From Gemmatimonadota bacterium (GTDB lineage: Bacteria > Gemmatimonadota > Gemmatimonadetes > Gemmatimonadales > GWC2-71-9): a stretch of 25,662 bases of DNA. Positions 1 to 8,580 of this stretch are shown piece by piece. Position numbers and translations under genes: made by a program. The notes under the pieces were generated by a model, which saw only the letters and a program-made list of their open reading frames with translations, made no database searches and was not told the DNA's origin. The stretch is from positions 1-25,662 of the forward strand of contig JBDHKN010000067.1 of assembly GCA_039586365.1 (NCBI GenBank). Reading direction: 5' to 3'. Numbering within the stretch: position 1 is the stretch's first letter; every line of letters starts with the position of its first letter.

Positions 1-2
1 AG

Positions 3-296
3 AAGCCAGAGGAGGCCAGTGCCACCGAGGAGATGATTCGTAAGCAGGCGTATCACATTTGGGAACGAGAAGGACACCCATCTGACCGCGCAATGGACCA
101 CTGGTTAGAGGCAGAGAAGAAGGCGGGCGCCAGGCAAAGCCCGCAGCCCGCGGGCGCAACACGCGGCGCCAAGCGTAGCAAGTCGACCGTACGCGCCAAG
201 AGCACGACCAAAACCACACGCCAGACGGCCGCTGCCAAGAAAAAGGCCGCGAAGAAAACGGCCAAGAAACCCACAAGGCGCACTAAGAAGAGCTAG
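3..296 (+). CDS. DUF2934 domain protein with Lys/Ala-rich histone-like C-terminal tail (probably 5'-truncated by the window edge)
   Basis: EEMIRKQAYHIWEREG...DHWLEAE matches the DUF2934 pattern (I-R-x-x-A-Y-x-x-W-E-x-x-G...D-x-W-x-x-A-E). The frame is open from position 3 (KPEEASATEE) to ATG33, so the real start may lie upstream. Tail is TAAAKKKAAKKTAKKPTRRTKKS. Confidence 0.8.
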   Translation, partial: KPEEASATEEMIRKQAYHIWEREGHPSDRAMDHWLEAEKKAGARQSPQPAGATRGAKRSKSTVRAKSTTKTTRQTAAAKKKAAKKTAKKPTRRTKKS

Positions 297-383
297 ATTG
301 CATCCTCGGGACAGCCTCTGGTACGCCGCAACCAGTAATGTGCCGCCGCTAGAGCACGACGGCGGTTGAGGCTGAGATTCGCG

Positions 384-812
384 CTAGACCTTGCCCTTGC
401 GCCAAGTGTCGTAGGGCCCGTGCCTTCCCCCGACAATGACGCCCACTACGCCGATGGAGGCCAAAACAGCGCCAAACAGGATGGCGCCCTTCATGATCGT
501 GATGAGCCCACCAAACCGGCCGATGACACCGATTACCTGCAGTATCAGAGCCACAATCACGACGGCCGTACCCACCATCATAGTCCGGATCCACTTGAGC
601 CGACCGAAGTATTTCGACAGCGGGAACTCACACTCCGGGCAGATTTCACCACGGGGCTCGAGCCAGAGGAACGACCAGCGCTTGTTGTCGCCCTCCGGCG
701 CGGTCGTCGCCGCCCCCCCCAAAGTCAGACTCTCCGGCTCCACCAACATGCCACATTTCGGGCACTTCACGGCCGACCACATCGTGCTGATTCGTTGGGT
801 CATCCGAGCCAT
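384..812 (-). CDS. Hypothetical membrane protein with a putative N-terminal zinc ribbon (CPKC...CPEC) and two TM helices
   Basis: ATG812 is preceded by GGGAGG at 5-nt spacing. Two CxxC pairs are followed by two long hydrophobic stretches. Confidence 0.75.
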   Translation of the reverse strand: MARMTQRISTMWSAVKCPKCGMLVEPESLTLGGAATTAPEGDNKRWSFLWLEPRGEICPECEFPLSKYFGRLKWIRTMMVGTAVVIVALILQVIGVIGRFGGLITIMKGAILFGAVLASIGVVGVIVGGRHGPYDTWRKGKV

Positions 813-1266
813 GGCTTCCTCCCGCGGTAGGTTCTCCGATTCAGGCCCACCTAGTGCCCTCGCACTCGAATGTAGGCATGCGGCAGGCAGTCGCCTTCAA
901 GGTCGTATCAGTCAGTGAGTGAAACGACCCGTTCCTATGCCACCAACCGGCGCTGCATCATCTAATAGGGTGCCCCATCACACGACAGTCAAGCATTTCA
1001 CCCCCTAGGCGCGGCATCAACCGTCACTGCTACGTGGGGTGTCGTGCGTCGGTCTCCTCAGACGCCCTGTAACCGTCGCCCATTGCTGAACAGCCCCAGC
1101 TGCTGAATACATAGATTAAGAGAAACGCCGTCTCATCGGACCGATAAAGCACCCACAACCGGAACCTGGCTGACCGCAACTACAGACCGTAGCTTACTGT
1201 GCCCCCAGCCGAGGACGTCACCGTGGCCAACTTCTCGGCCGCTCACGAGCACCGTAACCCGCAGCG

Positions 1267-2364
1267 TTGGCTGCGCCTAGCGTGACCGGTACGAGCACCA
1301 AGAAGAAGCGTTTCGGCTTGCCGACTCTGATCGGGATAGTCGTGACTCTTCCGATCCTGTGGTGGTCTCTGCGTGACATCCACTTCGCCGAAGTGCTCGA
1401 GTACTTTCGAGCATCAAGAAAAGTGCCGCTCCTCGCTGCAATGGCAGCGGTCGGACTGGCCCTACCCGCACGGGCTGCCCGGTGGCGAGTTCTCCTGAGG
1501 AACGAGAATCCGAACCTGCCGCTCGTCCCTTTGTATCACGCTACTGCGGCTGGGTTTGCCATCAACAACTTGCTGCCAGCGCGCGCCGGTGAGATTGCCC
1601 GGGCCTATGCAGCGCAACGGCTGACTGGCGTGCGGTTTTCGGCGGCGCTCACGACCATCCTCCTCTCAAGGGTCCTGGACGGCGTGACCCTGTTTGTGAT
1701 CTTGGCCGTCGCGACTTTCCTGGGAGCGTTTGATCCCGACTTCGCAATCGGCGGGGTTACGGTGGGGCGAATCATGCTGGTGGCCACCGTCGTTTTTGCA
1801 GCGTTCTTCGCCATCGCGCTGCTAGCAGCCAGGCTCCCGCACGTGGTGCTGGGCTGGGCCGCAAGAGCCAGCCGGGCTGTGCTACCGGGCAAATGGGCCG
1901 ATCGAGTAGTGCAGAGTCTGGGGGGAATCGTCTACTCCCTGGCGGTGGTAAGCACCTTGCGCGTGTTGGCATTGGTGCTGGCATGGTCAGCCGTGATCTG
2001 GTGCATCAATGGGCTTTCAATTCTCCTTGGCTTCGTGGCCTTCGATCTAGACGTCCCTTGGCACGGGGCTTTCGTGCTACAGTCCTTGGTGAATTTCGGT
2101 CTGGCGATTCCCTCCACGCCAGGCTTTGTCGGCGTATTCGAGGCACTGACCCGTGCAACCCTCACCCTCTACGGCGTCGAAGCTGCTGCTGCTATTTCTT
2201 TCGCAGTCGCGTACCATTTCTGCGCCTACGCGCCAATCACCTTGTTGGGACTGTGGTCCCTTGTGCGCGCTCGGATACGGATGAGTGAGGTACAGGAAGA
2301 GGTACACGAACGGGTGAGTGTCGTTGTCGAACGCCTTACTGGGACCTTTCAACGTATCGAATGA
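1267..2364 (+). CDS. Lysylphosphatidylglycerol synthase TM-domain / UPF0104 flippase-like membrane protein
   Basis: Motifs RAARWRVLL, GFAINNLLPARAGEIARAY, SRVLDG, IPSTPGFVGVFE and about 8 hydrophobic helices. Start is uncertain (TTG1267 or in-frame GTG1282). Confidence 0.88.
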   Translation: MAAPSVTGTSTKKKRFGLPTLIGIVVTLPILWWSLRDIHFAEVLEYFRASRKVPLLAAMAAVGLALPARAARWRVLLRNENPNLPLVPLYHATAAGFAINNLLPARAGEIARAYAAQRLTGVRFSAALTTILLSRVLDGVTLFVILAVATFLGAFDPDFAIGGVTVGRIMLVATVVFAAFFAIALLAARLPHVVLGWAARASRAVLPGKWADRVVQSLGGIVYSLAVVSTLRVLALVLAWSAVIWCINGLSILLGFVAFDLDVPWHGAFVLQSLVNFGLAIPSTPGFVGVFEALTRATLTLYGVEAAAAISFAVAYHFCAYAPITLLGLWSLVRARIRMSEVQEEVHERVSVVVERLTGTFQRIE

Positions 2365-2412
2365 GCAGCGCCGTACCGGGGTAACGCCGACAGACCAGAC
2401 GCAGCCAACAAT

Positions 2413-2449
2413 CCGCCAGCGCAGTGGAGGGGGCCGCCACTGGAGGCGG
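2413..2449. terminator. GC-rich interrupted hairpin between convergent genes; possible terminator
   Basis: CCGCC(2413-17)/GGCGG(2445-49) enclosing CAGTGG(2422-27)/CCACTG(2437-42). No U-tract. Confidence 0.3.
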
Positions 2450-2576
2450 GCGTCGACGTTCACCTGCGCCCTGACCTCCAGTAAGGCCGGCAACGCCCGG
2501 CCGCTCAGTCACCTGTGCAGCCGCAGGAGAGTAAGCCAGCTAAGACAACAAGCGGCCGCCAACAGCCAAGTACCTG

Positions 2577-2768
2577 CTAATCTCCGCCCTGCCGATTGAG
2601 CTGGAGGTCGTCTCGCCACCTCGCAACACGGCGCTGCAGCAGCACCAAGCGCGCCCGTAATTCACCAGTGGGACCCTTGAGCACCGAAGCGATCTCGCGG
2701 TGAATCTGGGACAGCCACCGGTCTACCTCGCGGCGCGTGACTCTGCCGGGCTGTCGCGAACTCATCAT
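2577..2768 (-). CDS. Small Arg-rich hypothetical protein (predicted helical)
   Basis: 63-aa ORF filling otherwise empty space, with an amphipathic helical pattern (VDRWLSQIHREIASVL; LRARLVLLQRRVARW). A TATATT hexamer lies 16 nt upstream on the minus strand. RBS is weak. Confidence 0.5.
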   Translation of the reverse strand: MMSSRQPGRVTRREVDRWLSQIHREIASVLKGPTGELRARLVLLQRRVARWRDDLQLNRQGGD

Positions 2769-2947
2769 GACCGCACCCTAACCGAATATAAGCCGAAAAT
2801 CAATACCCAAGCATCGGCCTTGCCAAGGTCTCTGCGATGGGGATCCCCGGATGACCGCTACCGGTTCGCGACAGCTTGGAGGTCAGTGGGTACGCTTGTC
2901 GGCCGGGGGACAACACCGCAAATTCAGGTTACTTACCGTCTCAAAGG

Positions 2948-3223
2948 ATGACAATCGTGACCCCGCCGCAGCAGCTGATAGCCCTCACACCGACCCAGCT
3001 CACCGAAGTCTGTGTTCAGTTCGCGTCAGAAATGGGCTGGATCGGCCGTCCTGGCGGTACCGAGTGGTACGTACGGATGAAGCGGCACGGTGATCCCGAG
3101 GCTTTCTATCTCTCAATGAGCGCTGCAACCAAGGCTGCGGTACGCCGAGCCGCGGTGGGCAATAACACCGAGATCGATTCGCTACGTGAATTCCGAGCTG
3201 CTTGGGAGGCGGCTAACGGCTGA
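2948..3223 (+). CDS. Hypothetical protein (91 aa)
   Basis: Protein-like composition from ATG2948 (MTIVTPPQQ...), ending at TGA before a hairpin. The ORF track's start at 2876 is probably over-extended. Confidence 0.6.
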   Translation: MTIVTPPQQLIALTPTQLTEVCVQFASEMGWIGRPGGTEWYVRMKRHGDPEAFYLSMSAATKAAVRRAAVGNNTEIDSLREFRAAWEAANG

Positions 3224-3260
3224 GTCAGCTCAGTGCGCGATGCCGGTGGGAATGCTTGTG

Positions 3261-3291
3261 AGGCCGGGCCCCCTGCCCCCTGGCCCGGCCT
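3261..3291. terminator. Perfect 10-bp inverted repeat between convergent genes; likely bidirectional terminator or stabilising hairpin
   Basis: AGGCCGGGCC(3261-70), 11-nt loop, GGCCCGGCCT(3282-91). Lies between stops at 3223 (+) and 3326 (-). No clear U-tract. Confidence 0.55.
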
Positions 3292-3325
3292 TCCGCACAT
3301 CCTGGAGTGTGGCAAGCTCTCACAG

Positions 3326-6190
3326 CTAACGCAGTGTGCCCGGCTCGAGCCCCGGATCTTCCCTAATAGTCACAGTACCCGAATAGTCTGTTCCATCCAC
3401 CGTAAGGCTGAAGCGGTATGTGCCCGGCTCCGCCAGCATGCCCTGTACACCACCACCGCCCTGGAAACCGCTCGGGACCTGACCGCCGAACTGTTCCCGC
3501 GCCCGCGCCACGCGTTCCCGCTGTTCCCGGAGCTGCTCTTCCGTGGGATCAAACCGCATATTCCAAAAGTAACGGTTGATGCCGCTTTCGCCCGTTAACT
3601 CCGTCTTGAATACGTGTTCGCCCGTCATGTCACTGATTCTCAGCGAGACCTTGTCGGCTGGCGGGGACTTCAGGTGAAAGTCGATGGTGGCGCTGTTCTC
3701 CAACTCTCGCGGTGAATTGCCCGGAGGCACCTGCTCGATCGTGGGAGGGTTGCGACCCATGAACAGCTTGTGCCCCCGTGTCGCTCCGCGACTGATGCCC
3801 TTCCACTGAGTAGCGACACGGTTCCGGAACAGGTGCACGTCCGCTGCCAGCACGTCATCCGTCAATTGTTGCAACGGAGTGACGTCATCGAGAATCCAAA
3901 CGCTTCTCCCGTGTGTTGCAGCGATTAGATCCCCGTCGCGTGGATGGATGATCACGTCGTGCACGGCGACCGTTGGCAGGCCATTCATCAGACGGTCCCA
4001 ACGCCGGCCTCCGTTCACTGAGGCGTACATCGCAAACTCGGTCCCGACGAACAGCAGCTTCGGATTCCTCAAGTCTTCCCGCAGGACGTAGACCGGTTGG
4101 TTGCCCGGCAGATTCGAGCTGATGCTCGTCCAATTGCTGCCATAGTCAGTGGTTCTATAAACCCACGGTCTGAAGTCGTCACTCCGATGACCATCAAACG
4201 CCACGTACGCAGTCCCAGCATCGAAATGAGATGCTTCCACTCGGCTCACCCATAACCTTGCCGGTACTTCCGGCAAGTTGCGCCTGACGTCGACCCACGT
4301 CTTGCCTCCGTCGCGTGTCAGCTGAACGTTGCCGTCATCCGTACCCACCCATATCAACCCGGGTACCAGAGGCGACTCGGCTATGGTGATGATCGTAGCA
4401 TGAGTTTCGGCACTTGTGACATCCCGCGTGAGGCCACCACTCTCGGGATCCGTCAAGACGGGATCGTTGGTCGACAGATCGGGACTAATGATCCTCCAGG
4501 TGTCGCCCCGGTCGGTACTCTGAAACAGGTGATTGCCCCCGAACAGCAGGGTGTTGGAGTTGTGTGGTGACAGTCTGAGCGGTGAGCTCCAATTGAATCG
4601 GAAGTAGTCGCGCAGTAGTCGGCTCCCAGTATCGGGATGTTGGGGCGCATATTCTGGGAGATTCAGGATGTTAGATGGGTTGGGCGTAATGCTCTTGCCA
4701 TCCTGCCGGAAAACAGCATCGAACCGTCTGATGTTGCCACCCTGGCTCTCTGTGTACACTGTCCTCCAATCATTCGGATCGGCGGTAGTGTGGAAGCCGT
4801 CACCCGAATGAAACTTGAACCAGTGGTCATTCAGGATGCCGTTCCAATCCCGGCTGTTGCTAGTTCCACCCCAGTTGCCGTTGTCTTGCAGCCCACCGTA
4901 CACGTAGTAGGGATCGCGATTGTCAGCCGTCACGGCATAGAACTGACCAATGTCCATGTTGTCGAACATGTTGAACGTGATGCCGTGATCGAATGTGATG
5001 TACGAGCCCTTGTCATTCCCCACATAGAAGACATCGGGCCGATTGGGATCAATCCACAATGCGTGGAAGTCGCCCGAGATCCCTTGCATGGTTCGGCTGA
5101 ACGTCTTTCCACCATCCTCGGAGACGTTGGCGCTCCCGGCGAGGATATAGACGTTCTGGTCGTCCTGCGGATTGATGTATATGTGGCTGTAGTAGAATGG
5201 CCGGTTGTTGTAGCGATTTACATACTGCCAGCTCTCCCCTCCGTCCTCCGAGCGGTAAATCCCGGTGCCAAGTTTAGACATGTCGTCGTAATCGGGGTTG
5301 AGTGCGCCGTCAACTCGACGCTGCGGCTGGAAACCGTGTTCCACGATGGCCATAACGACACGCGGATCTCCGCGATAGATCGCAATACCGATCTTGCCGG
5401 TCTCACCTTCAGGGAGCCCGTTCGTCAGCTTGGTCCACGTCTCACCACCGTCCGTCGACTTGAAGATCCCACCGTTGGGCCCACCGCTATCGAACCGATA
5501 CGGACGTCGCAAACGCTCCCAAAACGCCACATACAGCACGTTCGGATCCCTCGGATCCATCTTCACGTCAGTGGCGCCGGTACGACCATCGTCCGGGAGC
5601 CCGTTCGTGAGCTTGCTCCAAGTCTGACCTCCGTCGGTCGTCTTGAACAAACCCCGCTCGCCGGTGTGTCCCCACAGATGGCCCTGTGCTGCCACGTACA
5701 CGGTATTCGGATCACTGGGGTGCGTCAGGACTTCTCCAATGTGGTGTGTGTCCTGAAGCCCCACGTTGACGAAGGTCTCACCGCCGTCGGTCGATTTGTA
5801 GACACCATCTCCCCACCCAACACTATTGCGCGTACACGACTCGCCTGTCCCGATCCAGATGATACTGGGATCGGGCTGAAATACCGCGATGTCCCCTATG
5901 TTGGCCGTACCATACTCGGTGAAGATCGCTTCCCAGGTCGTCCCGGCATTGGTGGACTTCCAGACTCCACCGGAGGCCGCACCGACCAAAACGTGGGCGA
6001 AGTTGCTCTCAACGGCCTCTATGTCGGTCACTCTGCCGGCCATGTTGGCTGGACCGATGTTCCGCCATTGCAGGTCCTTGAACAGCGCTTCCTGCGATAC
6101 TTCTTGTGCTGCTACGGCTGGAGCAGCAAGGAAGGAAGAAATCAGCAGGACGGCCACTGGCAGAGTCCGACGAATAGACGCGATGGTCAT
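3326..6190 (-). CDS. Secreted VPS10/sortilin-like BNR (Asp-box) repeat beta-propeller protein, usually annotated glycosyl hydrolase
   Basis: Signal peptide MTIASIRRTLPVAVLLISSFLAAPAVAA, then WRNIGPANMAGRVTDI. Many Asp-boxes (STNAGTTW, STDGGETF, TTDGGQTW, SEDGGESW, STDRGDTW, TRDGGKTW, TTDYGSNW). ATG6190 has an AGGAG RBS; the track start at 6364 is over-extended. Confidence 0.9.
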   Translation of the reverse strand: MTIASIRRTLPVAVLLISSFLAAPAVAAQEVSQEALFKDLQWRNIGPANMAGRVTDIEAVESNFAHVLVGAASGGVWKSTNAGTTWEAIFTEYGTANIGDIAVFQPDPSIIWIGTGESCTRNSVGWGDGVYKSTDGGETFVNVGLQDTHHIGEVLTHPSDPNTVYVAAQGHLWGHTGERGLFKTTDGGQTWSKLTNGLPDDGRTGATDVKMDPRDPNVLYVAFWERLRRPYRFDSGGPNGGIFKSTDGGETWTKLTNGLPEGETGKIGIAIYRGDPRVVMAIVEHGFQPQRRVDGALNPDYDDMSKLGTGIYRSEDGGESWQYVNRYNNRPFYYSHIYINPQDDQNVYILAGSANVSEDGGKTFSRTMQGISGDFHALWIDPNRPDVFYVGNDKGSYITFDHGITFNMFDNMDIGQFYAVTADNRDPYYVYGGLQDNGNWGGTSNSRDWNGILNDHWFKFHSGDGFHTTADPNDWRTVYTESQGGNIRRFDAVFRQDGKSITPNPSNILNLPEYAPQHPDTGSRLLRDYFRFNWSSPLRLSPHNSNTLLFGGNHLFQSTDRGDTWRIISPDLSTNDPVLTDPESGGLTRDVTSAETHATIITIAESPLVPGLIWVGTDDGNVQLTRDGGKTWVDVRRNLPEVPARLWVSRVEASHFDAGTAYVAFDGHRSDDFRPWVYRTTDYGSNWTSISSNLPGNQPVYVLREDLRNPKLLFVGTEFAMYASVNGGRRWDRLMNGLPTVAVHDVIIHPRDGDLIAATHGRSVWILDDVTPLQQLTDDVLAADVHLFRNRVATQWKGISRGATRGHKLFMGRNPPTIEQVPPGNSPRELENSATIDFHLKSPPADKVSLRISDMTGEHVFKTELTGESGINRYFWNMRFDPTEEQLREQRERVARAREQFGGQVPSGFQGGGGVQGMLAEPGTYRFSLTVDGTDYSGTVTIREDPGLEPGTLR

Positions 6191-6476
6191 GAGAGGCTCC
6201 TCACAGAACGAACTGGAAGCAGGTGCAGCCCGGAGTGCCCTTGCACTAATACGGTGGGCGGTGTAGTCGTTTCGAATGGGCACCCTGAAACACCAGTACA
6301 CTCCACCCACGCCCACCCGGACGAAGCTACGCCGGAAGCAGACCGTTGGCCAGATCGCAGTCAACGGACCCGCGCTCGCCAGCCTGTCATCTCGGACTCG
6401 CAGGGTCCCGTGCTGCTGAGTACCGGACCGTGGAATCGCCGACGGCGTGACCCAGCACCGGGGGCTTCGGCGTGAA

Positions 6477-7382
6477 TCACCAACCTATGTACTTGTACGC
6501 TATTCGGACTAGTCCGTAGGCCTCCACCATTGTGGGCGAAGTGAACTCAATAGTATAACCGTCCACCCGGGTCACTCCCGGAACAGCCTGGAGTATGTCG
6601 GCGCGAGTCGTACTGGCGAATCGTATCCTGACAGCGACGGGCTCCGTTACCTCCATGGGGCGGGCCTGATCGAGTCTGGCCAAAGCTTCCAGCGTGGCCT
6701 GGCGCAGGCGACGGTGCACCACCTCGGGATGATACAGGCGAGCGACGGAGGATCCCACCGCCACCTTGGTCACCACTGTCCTGGCATCGTACAACTCCCG
6801 CGACTGAGCCGCGAAAGCCGAATCCCCACTGGCGAGAGCTACCGGCACTCCATAGGCGCCGGCGAAATACGCGTTCAACCCGCCTTCACCAACCTCGACA
6901 CCGTTGATCCACAGACCCTTGATGGCTCCCGATCCGGTGTGAGCGATGAAGCCGTTCTCCGTACCCGCCCGGGCGTGATATCCGAGAAAGAAGACAGCGT
7001 CAAAGGACTCATCGAGTCCCTGCACCATACCCAAGGGTTTGATGTTGCCCTGAATATACTGAACCCTCTCGTCGAGCCGGGTATGAATCAGGTTCTGCAT
7101 GTCGCCGTGTGAGTCGTTGATGAGGATCTCAGCGGGTCCGTGTTCGAAGACCGCGGAGACCACAGCGGTGACGTCGGCCGTCATGAGATCTCGACCAACG
7201 GAATAGTCCTTCCCAGAACCGCTGGTCATTTGGGGAGTGCCTATCCCACTGATCCCCTCCATGTCCACTGAGATGTAGATCTTGAGCCGGCCAGTTTGAA
7301 CCTGTGCGGCCAGAGTCCCTGGCAAATTCCAGAGCCCCAGCAGGACGATGATCGAAACCGACTTGACCCAGTAGCTGGACAT
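6477..7382 (-). CDS. dppA: M55 family metallopeptidase (DppA-like D-aminopeptidase) with N-terminal signal peptide
   Basis: KIYISVDMEGISG, INDSHG, GYHARAG, AHT, VGEGGLN and SGD are M55 zinc-ligand motifs. Start is probably ATG7382 (alternatively 7400 or 7403). Confidence 0.88.
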   Translation of the reverse strand: MSSYWVKSVSIIVLLGLWNLPGTLAAQVQTGRLKIYISVDMEGISGIGTPQMTSGSGKDYSVGRDLMTADVTAVVSAVFEHGPAEILINDSHGDMQNLIHTRLDERVQYIQGNIKPLGMVQGLDESFDAVFFLGYHARAGTENGFIAHTGSGAIKGLWINGVEVGEGGLNAYFAGAYGVPVALASGDSAFAAQSRELYDARTVVTKVAVGSSVARLYHPEVVHRRLRQATLEALARLDQARPMEVTEPVAVRIRFASTTRADILQAVPGVTRVDGYTIEFTSPTMVEAYGLVRIAYKYIGW

Positions 7383-7695
7383 TCCTGATGCTCCTTTCAT
7401 CACTGGGAGGGGCCCGTCTGACGGTCGCTCTGAAACGACCCCGAGTTAGTCGACCAACACCAAGTTACTCCTCGCTGCGTGCCTGAGCGAGACGCAATGA
7501 CTGCTACTACCGCGGGGAGGTGTTCGACCTCCGTCGGGCTCATTCGAGCCAGACCGGCACGATCGGCTCTCCCACCTCACGGAACGACCAGCTAGTTTGC
7601 CGGTACAACAGCCAAGGATAGGCGGGAAACCGATATTCTCGCACAGGTCTTGCATCTCCTGTATTTGATCTCTCACTAACACCGGAAACCAGATT

Positions 7696-8064
7696 GTGAT
7701 TCAGAAGACGATTCGCCGAACGTTGTTGGCCGTGTACCTACTGCTCGTGATGGTGTCCACCTTGGCGCCCCTGTCGGGTGACATGTACCGCCCCTTTGCC
7801 GGATTCGACAAGTTGGTGCACTTCGGACTATTTGCCGGTGTGGCGTACCTCCTATACTGGAATCTCAATTCGGTGCGGCGACCCAACCCCTGGATATCAG
7901 TGTCATTCGCCACCGGATTGGCGGGGGCTATAGAGTTGGTTCAATCGGTGCTGACTTACAGGAGTGGAGATCTCTGGGACTTCGTCGCGGGTGGTTTAGG
8001 AGCGGTTGCAGGGGCCACACTGGCGTTGGGTGCCGCCTCCCTGGGACACCGGATTCCGGGATAA
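7696..8064 (+). CDS. VanZ-like family membrane protein
   Basis: DKLVHFGLFAGVAYLL and IELVQSVLTYRSGDLWDFVAGGLG match the VanZ-like DKxxH...ExxQ...R...D pattern. Four hydrophobic segments. Confidence 0.85.
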   Translation: MIQKTIRRTLLAVYLLLVMVSTLAPLSGDMYRPFAGFDKLVHFGLFAGVAYLLYWNLNSVRRPNPWISVSFATGLAGAIELVQSVLTYRSGDLWDFVAGGLGAVAGATLALGAASLGHRIPG

Positions 8065-8103
8065 CCAGATACCCTACGGGTGTGTGAGGGCGATCGTCGT
8101 GAC

Positions 8104-8580
8104 CTAGCCGGCCTGCGTACCCCAGTTCCGCATCATCCTCACCGCAACCACCTCACCACGGGCCACCTCCTCACCTTTCGCAGACAGTAAGATTGCGACT
8201 GTAACCTTGCGACCTTCGATGCTCACGACTGTTCCCCTCAACTCCAGCAGCGCGTCTATGGGGGTGGGACGCAAGTAGCGGACCTGCAACGACGCCGTTA
8301 CGAAGCGAGGCCAGGGCTCAGCTTCCGTCTCTCGCCCCTCTGCCCGATAGGCAGCAGCTGCAGCCGTACCTGTCCCGTGACAGTCAATGAGTGACGCAAT
8401 CAGACCGCCATAGACGTAACCGGGAATGGCGGTATGATAAGGTCGCGGCTCAAACCGGCACACCGACTGGTCACCCTCCCAGTAGCTGCGGATGTGTAGC
8501 CCGTGTTCGTTGAGTGTGCCACACCCATAGCAGTGGCTGGTCTCTGCATCATAGTGGTCTTGGAAGCTGGGTATGGCCAT
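8104..8580 (-). CDS. PaaI-like hotdog-fold thioesterase
   Basis: CYGCGxxNxxGL N-terminal motif, YGGLIASLIDCH, VTASLQVRYLRPTP. Abuts the upstream MBL gene (0-bp gap). Confidence 0.88.
   Translation of the reverse strand: MAIPSFQDHYDAETSHCYGCGTLNEHGLHIRSYWEGDQSVCRFEPRPYHTAIPGYVYGGLIASLIDCHGTGTAAAAAYRAEGRETEAEPWPRFVTASLQVRYLRPTPIDALLELRGTVVSIEGRKVTVAILLSAKGEEVARGEVVAVRMMRNWGTQAG

Noticed and set aside
901..930. GGTCGTA...GAAACGACC resembling hammerhead ribozyme stem III; a similar GGTCG...TGAAACGACC occurs at 7423-7440
   Set aside because: Only about 13 nt separate the arms and there is no CTGANGA core or room for stems I and II. Two short copies are too few to call a repeat family.
6191..6364. 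58-codon extension of the VPS10 gene
   Set aside because: The signal peptide and AGGAG RBS identify ATG6190 as the start.
4637..6475. 612-aa plus-strand ORF
   Set aside because: Antisense shadow of the VPS10/BNR gene. It has no motifs, and long antisense frames are expected from codon bias in GC-rich genes.
7696..8064. Vancomycin resistance cluster
   Set aside because: Only a VanZ-like gene is present, with no vanHAX or vanRS.
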